The translations under genes were made by a program, and so were the position numbers. A DNA stretch of 64,000 nucleotides from Priapulus caudatus (taxonomy: Eukaryota). The notes beneath the pieces are model-generated. The model ran no database searches. It had not been told where the DNA came from and worked only from the letters and a program-made list of their open reading frames with translations. The DNA is taken from contig NW_014577073.1 of NCBI RefSeq assembly GCF_000485595.1, positions 789,684-853,683 of the forward strand. The letters are read 5' to 3'. Below are positions 38,782-50,125 of the stretch, in pieces; the first letter of the stretch is position 1, and each line of letters starts with the position of its first letter.

Positions 38782-39477
38782 TTTGGCCAGAAAAAGGTTG
38801 GTAACGAAGGTCTTGCCAGTTCTGCCAGGAGCGTCGAGGAAGAAGAGGCCGCTACATTTCTCCTCAATGCTTGCGAAGATGGCGTCGTAGGCACGCTGCT
38901 GATCCTCCACCAGGCGCATCTCGTTGTCATTGACGTATGTTTCCATTTGGTCTGTGTCATAGTTGGTCTCTTGCAGGTATTCATATGCGAGTGCGTTGTT
39001 GTTGTGCTCTGGCTGTGGCAGGCCGAAGGTGTGGACTCCTTCGCCGCCCATTGCTTGAACTTGGTTGTCCAGCTGCAGCAGCGCCTCGTTGTACATGGCA
39101 TCTGTGTAGGTCACTTCTTGTTCAAGATTTTGGCACTGCACTCGGTGATGGATGTCCTCTGCCGTGCTTTCCTTGTGAGCTTCCCACAGCTTGAGCGGCT
39201 CTGCCAGGCTGCAGGTCGTGAGCATGATGGCGAAGAGTTGGCGCAGCTGTCTTGGCTGTGGTAGCCAAAAATAATATTTACCTACAAAAAAGTCGAGTTC
39301 CAAAAAAAGGGAAATCTCTTTTTCACTTTTTTTGCATTTTTTGTTGGCCTAAAATGGTCGTGGCGTCATGCTGATTCAGAATATATATGGTGTTGGGGGT
39401 CATCTCTTACGGGTCTTGAGAAGATATACGGACAGACAGACAGACAGACAGACAGATCCGGCCATTTATGTAGGAGA
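38782..39477 (-). mobile_element. Internally deleted Helitron: 5' end plus RepHel (PIF1 helicase N-terminal) fragment
   Basis: PRQLRQLFAIMLTTC...P..LWE.HK and FFLDAPGRTGKTF (Walker A) are typical Helitron RepHel motifs; minus-strand A|TCTCCTACATAAATGG followed by (TGTC)n resembles invertebrate Helitron 5' ends. Confidence 0.85.
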
Positions 39478-39480
39478 TAT

Positions 39481-39631
39481 ATATATATTATATACTAATA
39501 TATTACGTTTGCTACTATTACGTTATGCAATACTTCGATTCTTACGTTAGGCAATTATATATATTATATACTAATATTGTACGTTTGCTACTATTACGTT
39601 ATGCAATACTTCGATTCTTACGTTAGGCAAA
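39481..39631. repeat. About 78-bp tandem duplication abutting the Helitron 5' end
   Basis: ATATATTATATACTAATAT...TTCTTACGTTAGGCAA occurs twice. Confidence 0.85.
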
Positions 39632-41399
39632 TATATCCATATAAACATATAACTGCATGAAGGTGCCTTAATGCGTTACCTAATACAACCACTTACCCAA
39701 TATAATATCAAATGTTTACTTAAACGCGATATAAAATAATGTTCTAGAACCCGACAATTCTACGATACCTGTGGAATATAGGCGTTGTCAGTCCACACTT
39801 GAACGTAGGCCCGTCATGCGCGCACACGACGACACACGTGGACAGCGATCAGTCGACTAGATCTGCTGCAGCATGCATCCGTTTGGCCCGCGCCGTACGG
39901 TGTGTAACGCCTGGCTGCTTGCTCGAGTCGAGCATCCTGTAAACAAGCAGTAATCAAGCTAACGGCTCATGTGGAACCGCCGACTGCTGCGGGGCAACTA
40001 CTATATAGCTAGGACGTTTAACTGTTTAGCGGAAAGGGGTGGCGTAACCGTAGCCGTAGAGCGCTCCGAGGTGAGAGAAACCTCCGGAATTCGGTTACTC
40101 ACTTGATTGGTATATGGACGAGTTGCTGGTGTTGCTGCCGTTCCGTGGCTGTCATGTGTTAATTAGTGTATAAGTTGTATCAATTTTTTTTGCGTGCGCG
40201 ATTTTTCACGTTTTAATCGAAGAGCAATTTCCGTTCGTTCTTGGGCGCGGAGATCCGAAATAATTAACGGACAATTTTCTTAAACATTGTGGTTTTTAAT
40301 AAATGTGACGTCATTCGGGTAATAACCGATATCGGGGGTTTCTAAAGTAAGGGCGATCACGTACTATGCTCTCGGAGCAATGGCACCTATCTGTTTTCTT
40401 ACGTCCATCAAGTCATTAAGGTCACAGTCCGTTTAACCCACCGCGTGACAATTGTCGCACATCATTTACATTGACTAAATACGGCACAGAATTCGTAAAC
40501 ACGTCCTAGTTAGATCATGGTGAGCATGCGCCTTCTTAGCAGAACAGAACCATGTGTCGTTATTCCTATGCTGGTGTGCGCGAATGTGAAAACATGGACA
40601 ATACAAAAGAAACAGCGTGCAATTTTAAATCTCGGTTTTCTCTGCAGATGAGTTGCTCATGCGACTACAAAATCGGAGCTTTGTTAAACATACGATAGAC
40701 ACTACTATCAACATTTTCGATTTTCGGGCGTCCGACGCGGTGTGGATGGTTGGGTACGTACGCGCGTGCGTACCAGTGCACGTCCGTCGCTTCCAAGGTG
40801 AGATCGCTTTGCCACCGAACTACAGGCGCATTACGGAGGCAAATACGGAGCCGCTTCTAACCATCTCAACACCAGAGTTGAGATGATGAGTATGCGTGCG
40901 TGGTCGTCACTGCTTCCCGCATCGCTGCCACAGAGCATGCACGGCGCGATGACACCGAGCGTTTACGGGCGTCCCCGCCCCGCTGCCGTCGTGCACGCAC
41001 TTCCCCGACACTTACGGCGCTACTTCGCTGAGCAACTGTGACGCTCCGCCTCGCGTGTAATGTTTTAAGCCGGAAACGCCGTGTGCGATGTGCCTGCGAA
41101 GCCTCGAGGCCCAAGAAATCGCTGGTAGCAGTCTAGGCGGGGAAACTATAGAGTAGGGACAACAACCCCGGTGTAGCTGTGAGGCAAAATATTGGACCAG
41201 CAAATATCGGACATTATCTAAACGCGCTGTCTGTTTGCCTGCGACTTTGCGGGTGAGAATCAGTGGGTATAGGCGGCTTACGCGCATTTCTCGCTCGCGC
41301 ATGCACGCAAGTTCCGGTTTTTGCCGAGGATGATGTTTACACGGGAAATATGCTTGAACTTTACTTAATAGCATGGTTTATATAATGGATTATAAATAA

Positions 41400-41400
<1 letters not shown>

Positions 41401-41431
<31 letters not shown>

Positions 41432-43809
41432 TCTGTGTAATGCCCGTTTTGGTCTCTCCTAGGCAATTATTATTATTTTATTATTATTCGTGATCTGCGC
41501 CAGGGTTGTACGGTAGTGACAGCTAGATTTCTCGCTTCACGTTTAGAATATGAATTAGCTGCGACCACTGCTCGCCGCGACTTAGCATGAAACCATTATT
41601 GCGATATATAATATCAGGAGTGAATAATAATAGATTATTCTATTTTTATATCAGACTATTCACTCCTGATAATATAGCATGCGCAGTCAATCCGTGCGAA
41701 CTTACCCCGGTTGAGCCCGGTTGTGTCCGTATTTGCTCGTATTTGTCGTGTCGGTGCTGCGATTTGACGCGCGTCTGGCCCGAGCCTGACCCAGTCTAGT
41801 TTGATGTAGGATCAAATTTTGCAGTCTGTTCGGGGTAATAGTGATGACAGTTTGGCAGGGGGCATTATCAGGATGATACTCGCGCGAGGTTTAGTGTTAA
41901 GATGTTGATCCAGTATAGTAGTAAATTCATAATCCTATAATATGTGGGGCATTCTGACAACGGTCTCCCGGTGTCGTTGTGTAGGCATAATTGTAAAAAA
42001 TGTGGGCAGCAAACGGATTGTTTATTAAAAGGAAAATGCAACGCTCGTCATTATGCATTAATAATTATATAATCAGTGTTAAAAGTGAAAACGCATTCAC
42101 CCATATAGCTGGTGTTTGGATGTACTCGGGTCTTATAGCGTTATCAAATCCCTATAGGAAAAAAATATTAACCATGACTACGCCTTCTTACCAATGCTCA
42201 GCCCGTGCTTCTCCCGCACTCTCCTGAGAGCATAGACGGCCGCCATCATCTGCTGCACGCCCGCAGTACTGACGACATCGCATGCAGTACTTCCATGCGT
42301 GCCAGTCTGGTTGCCACGCCGGAGCGGAAAGAGACCGCCGACGTTGAAATCGAACGCGCTGTCTCGCACCTCAATACTGCTGCTGCTGCACCACATACCT
42401 GTGATCAAATAACGGGTCTTAACGGATGTGATAGAATAACGGGTCTTAATCTATGTCCTTCACCCACGGCAACCTTCACCTGTCCGCGCTTTACCCTCTA
42501 CGGCACGCAATTACGTCGAAAACACGCGAAGTCAATAGATTATCGAGTAGATGAGAATGAGCGTCATACATTGTTATCGATCTGTTCATCGATCACGACC
42601 CAGTATTAGAAGTTCACCGGGTGACAGAGAGAGCAGCATGGTGTTTTTCATCAGCAAAACGCTTATAGATTTTTAAAATATATTTATTTATACGTGGCCG
42701 CCCGCCTGTAGCGCGGTTAGATCATCGTTTACGGTTAATCGGTGTAATAATTCTACACCGTCGTTTTGGAAAATGGTAGCGTATTCAATGAGGCGCAAGT
42801 CGCCTATATTTCAAACAAAAACGTGAACGCATTATAATTATGTCGGAGACTTATGGTATTCATGAATCACATTGTTATTATTTACGCTAAATTATCATTT
42901 TTTATGTTATATGATTATAGTTAATGTTGCATTATTATGATGATTTATGTGACATTGTTTATACGTATGTTTGCACTCGTATCAGAGGTCTCAATCCTAT
43001 ATCAGAATAATCTAGAGCATATAAATATTATACTCGCTAGGCTCTCCATACATCTCCATGATCTAGGGATCTATGTCAGGTTAATGACATAAGTGGATGA
43101 AACTACAGTCAGCTAACATTTCATTTGTCGAATAGGATAACATCCGGATGCACAAAAAATGGCATAAATGTACACACCAGATGCTAGGTGAAGCGGTGAT
43201 AGGAAGAACAACACAGCGAGACATGCCAGCATCTCTAGCAGTCTCCGGCAGCAATCGCCGTCGCTCATGTCCCTGTAAATAACCATTAATCGCAGCTTCA
43301 CGTACGTGCGCAGATGCTATAAGTGCTGCGTGCATGGATGTGGTCGCAGTACATATAACTCTTATATTCACCAGAGTATCGGGTCCACATTCACTTGGGC
43401 TGTTTCAATGATATAATGATGGTGACTTAACAAAAATTGTTTTATTTACTACAGGATTCTTCGTTTGTGAACTGGTTAACGCCTAATAATTCCAAGTAAA
43501 TGCCGTTTAAATGCACCTCTGCGACACACAGTCCCACTGCACGCACGCCACTGTGTATAAACTCGCAGAAAAGATAGAGATCTATCATTTGGTTGTAAAT
43601 GGATACAATTTGAGTTGATACACTTTCATTTTATTATTAAGACGAGCCCGAGAGTCTGTTATCGGGTCTATGCTTCCAGTGGCTCATTAAAGGAAGGCGA
43701 CACGTCCGTTGCGAATAACCCCCTCGTAATGATATACCACGAAGCGAAACGTGTCGTCATTTTCAACTGTTTAGCAACTAACATATGAAATAATCCATCA
43801 ATAACCAAT

Positions 43810-43882
<73 letters not shown>

Positions 43883-45377
43883 ATAGATAGATAGATAGAT
43901 AGATAGATGGTTTTTAGTGTGTCATATACTGGGTGAAGCATTGTGGCGTTCAGGGACTCGGACGGAACGAAATCATTGCCTTATATCAAAGGCTATTTGT
44001 TCTCCTTTAATTTGCTGTGACAGCAGTATTAACGTGTATGTGCCATTATGCTCCCAACTCTTACATGAACTTTAAATCACCAAATATGTCACTAAGATTA
44101 CACACAGAGCTAATAATACATGTATTATTAGCTCGATCTTGAGTACGTGCATCTACCGTTTATACGAGAAAAGAGGACACCGAATATAGGCATGCCTGCA
44201 TGCATATATAAAATGCACCCACACTTTAAATACGTTTTTCGCACGAAACCAGCAGCAGCTAGCATCACAAGTACTATATATCTTATCTGCAACGATGCAG
44301 CCATTGCTATCTTCACGAATGCTGGCTATTAGTTCCACTACGGATCACCGGCCCATTACATCTCCGCGATTATAAACTAAATCCAAATACATAAACTGGA
44401 AATTTTTACACCTGTCACTGGGGCGGCCCACAATATACAGCATGAATGCGGTGCGTGTGCCTGTTTATCCGTGCTTAGGCTTTATTCTCGGTAATTTTCA
44501 ACCGTCGTCGCTATCGAACAAAAGCGGAGAGGAACTATATTATGCCCCACAAAGTGAACATCCTATAAAAGCCCCTGTCGATGTATACAACAACCTGTGC
44601 GTTACTGGTTACCCGGCTTGTATCGGACATGAGCGAGGGAGTGGTTCAACCAAAACGATCATCCGTGAAAGCGAAACGGCTATAGTATTTGAATTAATAC
44701 GCAGAGTCAGATTTAAATTAAATGCTATTGCCATAAAATGACGGGCAAATGCTTTCAAGCGTTTGCCATATTTGGGTAATCCGTCTGATACCTATATACG
44801 TACACATGCACCACCAACTACTATATACTACACCACCACGGCTACCACCATCCATATACCTATCACATACATATTATCAAGAGATAATTATACATTTAGT
44901 ATTGTCATATAAATATAATAATAATACAGCTATGTATTATTAGCTCTTGATATTATTCGAAGTATCGCCACTACAGATTACTATAGCCTGTATGGAACGT
45001 TCCCTGTATAAACATTGAAACGAAATGCGCATAAAAAATGTTCTACTTGACATAATGATGAACACACATTTAAAACTGGTTTGGTCTGTAGAACCAGCGA
45101 AAAATGACAAATTACTTCCTCACTGCACGATACATCAGCAGCTTGACGAATGAGTGCAATAATTATATTACAGTGCAGCTTGGGGGGAACCGTATGTAAA
45201 CTATCCGAATATCGACTTGTATCTTCTTTACTGATATATTATTCTTATAATATATATATATATATATATATACATATACATGTATACATATATATTTATT
45301 TATTTATTTACATATGTATGTAATATTACATATTATATCATTAAAACTACAAACAACGAACTCACCTGCACTTTGTC
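41401..45377. repeat. 3,977-bp direct duplication, copy 2 (holds second copies of GPCR exon 2 at 42192-42398 and exon 1 at 44250-44304)
   Basis: Same sequence as 34805-38781. Confidence 0.97.
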
Positions 45378-45846
45378 GTGGCAGTGCGCCGCTGTTGTTT
45401 CGAAGGCCTGGAAGACTGTCTCTTCTGTCCCCTTCCCGTTAGCTACGGTCCTGTAAAGCAACGTATGTTGCAAGCCGACAGCAAATATGTGTCATTTAGG
45501 ATCTATCAATCATCGGTGGGCGTGGTTGAACAAAATCCGATAGGAAAATTTCGCTTCGGTCGCGCAGCATCCCGCCATTCTTTTGCCCCTATGCTAAAGT
45601 AGATGAGCAATGATGACGCACGCGTCGCTCGTCGCATTAGCCACCCAAGACTTTACGGCCGATCTTTCCTGCGTAAAAAGACGCGTGCATGCCTGAAGGA
45701 GACGTGTATGGCAAAATTTAATCCGAAAATCTCACTTCGGGCGCAGCATCCCGCTGCTCCCCTGCCCCCTCCCCTGCTATTGCCCTATGGTAATTGAACT
45801 ATTTTTCGGCCGATCTTACCGCTTAACAACAAAGGGGGCCGGAGCG

Positions 45847-45972
45847 TTTGAACGACATTTACGCAGAAGTCGACAGAGGATACATGAAGTATAATAAACA
45901 TTACGACTTTGGTAGTAAATACAATTCGTTTTTATTTGCAATAATTTATTATGAAGCGGCGCAGTGTCTTGC
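45847..45972. mobile_element. Solo right-arm remnant of the CACAGG MITE family
   Basis: AAACATTACGACTTTGGTAGTAAATACA matches AAACATTAAAACTTTGGTAGTAAATACA of the 16908 element. Confidence 0.6.
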
Positions 45973-46028
45973 GCATGGTGCGCATGTGTAGCTTACCGGA
46001 ACCGGAACTTACTGTCATGGCAGCGCCC
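45970..46028 (+). promoter_or_regulatory. Probable housekeeping-type promoter of the DnaJ gene
   Basis: Two TGCGCATG (NRF1-like), tandem ACCGGAACCGGAA (ETS-like) and CATGGCAGCGCCC (YY1-like) motifs, about 170-220 bp upstream of the ATG. Confidence 0.5.
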
Positions 46029-46194
46029 ACTTAAAAACAGTCAAAACATAGTATTATGATTATACCTGATCTTCTTGCAAGTTCTAGTAGGCCCTACTTA
46101 GTGACTAAACGCTTCCGTTTGCTACGATGTTTATGATGCTTCCGTCGTATATATTTCTGTTTGTGTGGTAGTTTCAATACCAACCAATTGAACC

Positions 46195-46974
46195 ATGCTT
46201 ACGACTACGTGTGGTTACAGGGCTTTTGTGAGGCACAGTCAACCGACAGTGCAGACTAGCATTATTATGAATAGGACCATCTCACGAGCATCTCTGAGAG
46301 CAAACACTCATTACGATGTGTTGGGCGTTTCAAGAACTGCTACTCCTGCGCAAATTAGAGAAGCATTTATTTCGCTTTCAAAAAGGGTGCATCCGGACAA
46401 GAACATGGGTGATTCGTCGACACATGCAAAGTTTATCGAAATTAACGAAGCTTACACGGTGTTGAGTGACCAATCATCCCGTCGTCTATACGATTTGGGG
46501 CTGTACAGTGGATCAACTGCAGACCGTCCCAGTGACAACTATAGCAGCGCAACTACGCAAGGACCATTTTACTACCACCGACACTCTGGTGTGAATGATT
46601 TTGGTGGAAACTCTGATAAATTTCATGATGCATCCTTTTGGGAGAATCGTAAAAAGTCAGAAGACAAATTTTATAGAAATAAGTCATATTACGGTATAAA
46701 AGGATTACCTAGGTTACCAAACTTTGTCATTGTCATAGGAATCTGCATATTTATTTTGGGTGGTGTAGTGGCACATTATATTGCCATACAAATGACAACA
46801 AGGTACAGGATAAAAAGAATGGATGAATTGCACGAAGTTTACTCTAAGACGTTAGGTGATGTCCAACAACAAGCAAAATTGCATTCGAAGGAGCTGCAGC
46901 TAGAACGTGTGGCTGCACGTGTCACTGAACAGGCCAAGCAGTATAGAAAGGCACGGGGCAGTAGCAATGATTGA
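46195..46974 (+). CDS. DNAJC4: DnaJ subfamily C protein (DNAJC4 / DnaJ-60-like), single coding exon
   Basis: J domain HYDVLGV...HPDKN...EINEAYTVLSD...RRLYD, preceded by a basic mitochondrial-type leader; YYGIKG motif followed by one TM helix. Confidence 0.8.
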   Translation: MLTTTCGYRAFVRHSQPTVQTSIIMNRTISRASLRANTHYDVLGVSRTATPAQIREAFISLSKRVHPDKNMGDSSTHAKFIEINEAYTVLSDQSSRRLYDLGLYSGSTADRPSDNYSSATTQGPFYYHRHSGVNDFGGNSDKFHDASFWENRKKSEDKFYRNKSYYGIKGLPRLPNFVIVIGICIFILGGVVAHYIAIQMTTRYRIKRMDELHEVYSKTLGDVQQQAKLHSKELQLERVAARVTEQAKQYRKARGSSND

Positions 46975-47959
46975 TGAAATTCACGAAAGTTTTTCTGCTT
47001 AGCTGCTAAAAGTCATAGTATCAGAAGAAATATAGTAGTGTCTATGTTATCACTCAATTAGGAGCTTTTTAACGATATGCTATGTATCAATGTAGCTTAA
47101 AAATAACTCTAAATATGTCTACACTGAATACAGAACCAGAATGCTGCTTTTAACATTAATTTCAGTCAAATTGAATTATGGCAGCTACTCATTCCTTGCT
47201 TAATCTTAATGAGAAATAAAAGGAAAACTTTATGTTGTAAACTGCACATGTACTTTTGAGAAATTGTTGTAATACTGTCTCAAATGCTTCAATCAGGTTT
47301 GTAGCTAACAAGAAGAGGGGGGGCAAGGGAGCAGTCACCCTTCCCCTTAAAGTGTCTAGGTACATGGTCAAGAGCCAATGGCAAATAACCCATAGTCAGC
47401 TGCCTAGAACACAAACTGTGTGTAGCTCTGCACCCCTTCCCACTCAAAATGAGTTGGCTACACGCTCATGATGTGTCTGTGTAAGTACGTGTGTATGTGA
47501 GTGTGATTTTGCAAGTGTATGCTCCTTTTCCACTCCATCCTTTCTCTCTCCTTTCTTTTCCTTTGTCTCTCCCCTTTTCCTCTACATCCTCTCGCGAATT
47601 GTATCATCCATGACATAGGTACTTCAGTGGATTACCACAAGAAGGCTAGCCATTTTATGGCAAAAGTTTTTCGCACCTGTGATGCACAAAGTGTTGATAT
47701 ATGGATATAATACGCATATTTTTACACGGTAAGACAGGAGTGATAGCGCTATATTGCGCCTGAAGTAGGAAGATAAAGATTGCGAGAGAGGGCCAGAGAG
47801 AAAGAAAGAAAGTGAAAAGAATGAGGGGAGGTCCTTCCCGTCCTAGTCTAGTCTATTTCCTCTTCTTGCTCAGGTTATCTCACACGACATTAAAATTAAT
47901 AGTACGGTGGATTACTACCAGGTGGTTGGCCGTTTTTCGGCTAAAACTTTCGTCCCACG

Positions 47960-48415
47960 CCAAGTCAGTATGGTCATTCCATGTTAACTGCTGATCTATT
48001 TTCACACCTAGAAATTTCTCTTGTGTTAATTGCGGTATCGAGTTGTTACTTAATTCTTATTCAATTTTGGTCGTATCCACAGGTTTAATGATCACTGTTG
48101 GGGCAAAAAAGCATGAATTCTGTTTTGTCTGGCTATATTTGCAAGTTATGGTAATCGGACACCTGTTTAATTTTCTTTCATATTCGTTTGCAGTGTATTA
48201 ACAGCTTTCTTTGGATCAGAATTTGTGACATATATAATACAATCTATGTACTATCTATATACAATCTATAGATATGTATATACATATCTATATAATATAA
48301 TGTATCGTCAGCATACTGGGTCTGTTCACATTTTTCAAGTACGTTTGGTTTATTGTTGATGTATATGCAGAATAGTAATGGTCCCAGTAATGTCCCCTGT
48401 GGAACTCCTCTCGCA
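47960..48415 (-). mobile_element. Degraded non-LTR retrotransposon (CR1/L2-like) reverse transcriptase fragment
   Basis: GVPQGTLLGPLLFCIYIN...QYADDT, and downstream KFLGVKIDQQLTWNDH; stops and frameshifts present. Confidence 0.88.
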
Positions 48416-49369
48416 ATATCACGAGCTCGAGAATATATATATATATATGAGCTCGAGAAAATCACGTGCTAAAAATGGCTTCATTCTATACAGTACACTC
48501 GAATTATTATAGGCCGGAGATAAAACACTCATGCAGACGCGCGCACACGCCCGAAAGAAAGAACACACGCACACACGCACACGCACACGCGCACGCACAC
48601 GCACACTCGCACACGCACACGCACACGTACACGTATACACACACAACACACAGGTTAACGCGCACACGAACGCTCACATGCACGCGCGCGCATACATTCC
48701 CGTGCTTATGCGCGCACGCACATAACGTGAAAAATCAACAGCCCGTTTTGATGTTGTTCTGTCTGCGTACGCGACTGTTTGTGTCCTATATGAAATATGC
48801 AGACATGGAAACCTGGGAGTTTGAGAGGCGGGCTTTCCCCGTTAGAGAATATAACACTCAGTTGCTTTCATGGCCGTAGTCTTGGGGGAGGAAAAAGGGG
48901 CCGCCCCCTAAATTACAGTTTAATAAATGTAGGCCCTAAAAGTAAATTTTTGAAAAGTAAGTTAGTGGTAGTAGAGTAATGTAATTTGAATGTTAATGTC
49001 TATAAATGCCATCAGTAATTAATGAAACAAAATTGGTACATGTCTTCAAATACAGGCGTCCTATTTTTCTTGAGCACGTTAAAAGAAATGGCTTTACTCA
49101 AGTAATTTAAAAATTGAAATTGAATTGAGCATCAACGAATTTTTACTGTCCTGGGTTTGTTTATCTACGTGCTAGTATATTGAGAAATGTTAACGCCGTT
49201 CCTACTCTTCATTATACCCCATCCCATGTTCAGCTCGCGGCCAAGAAAATATACAGTGCGGCTCCCCTGCTATGACGATAGGAGAATTATTTACGAACGA
49301 AATTTTATTACTATTTTTGTTCGTAATTCGGCTGTGCTTTTGTATGGTATGTTGACCGACTACTAGAGA

Positions 49370-49665
49370 GACTAAAAGAAAAGGGGGAGAGAATCGCGGG
49401 AGAAAGACGACAAAGAGAGAGTGCAAGAGAGTGTTAAGCGAACGAAAAGAGATAATGAGGGTGTTAAGGAACGAAAGAGATAATGAGGGTGTGAGAAAGA
49501 TAGAAAGAGAGCGACAAGAACATACAGACAGAGAGGGAGCGATAGAGAGAGAGAGAGAGAAGAAGAGAGAAAGAGAAGAGAGAGAGCAGAAGAGAGAGAG
49601 AGAGAGAGAGACGAGAGAGAGAGAGAGAGGAGACATACAGACAAGCAGAACGGGAGCGGGATAGA

Positions 49666-49701
<36 letters not shown>

Positions 49702-50125
49702 AGAGAGAGGAGAGAGAGAGGAGAGAGAGACGAGATTTATATATATAGATAGATCGATATATTTATATATATAGATTGATAGATTGCATTAAGATAGATA
49801 GATAGATTTATATATATATAGAGATAGAGTAGAATAGATAGATAGATAGATAGATAGATTAGAATAGATATATGGAATATATAGATATTATATATATTAT
49901 AGTATATATATATATTATATTATATATATATATAGAAAGTATGAGAGAGAGAGAGAGATAGGTAGTATATGGTAAATAGAGATGCAGAGAAGATGGGGGA
50001 GCGAGAGAAGAGAGAGAATTTGGGAGAGAGACGATGGCGAAGAAGGGGATAGACAGAGCAGAGAAAGGTATGATAGAGATAGAGATAAGACAGAGCAGAA
50101 ATAGAGATCAGAGACAGAGAAGCGC
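49370..50125. repeat. (GA)n/(TA)n/(GATA)n low-complexity, noisy
   Basis: Direct reading; a similar tract lies at 52600-53195. Confidence 0.85.

Noticed and set aside
38737..39303. Host PIF1 helicase gene
   Set aside because: Truncated just after Walker A, preceded by Helitron-specific motifs, and its ends come from non-coding or chimeric DNA.
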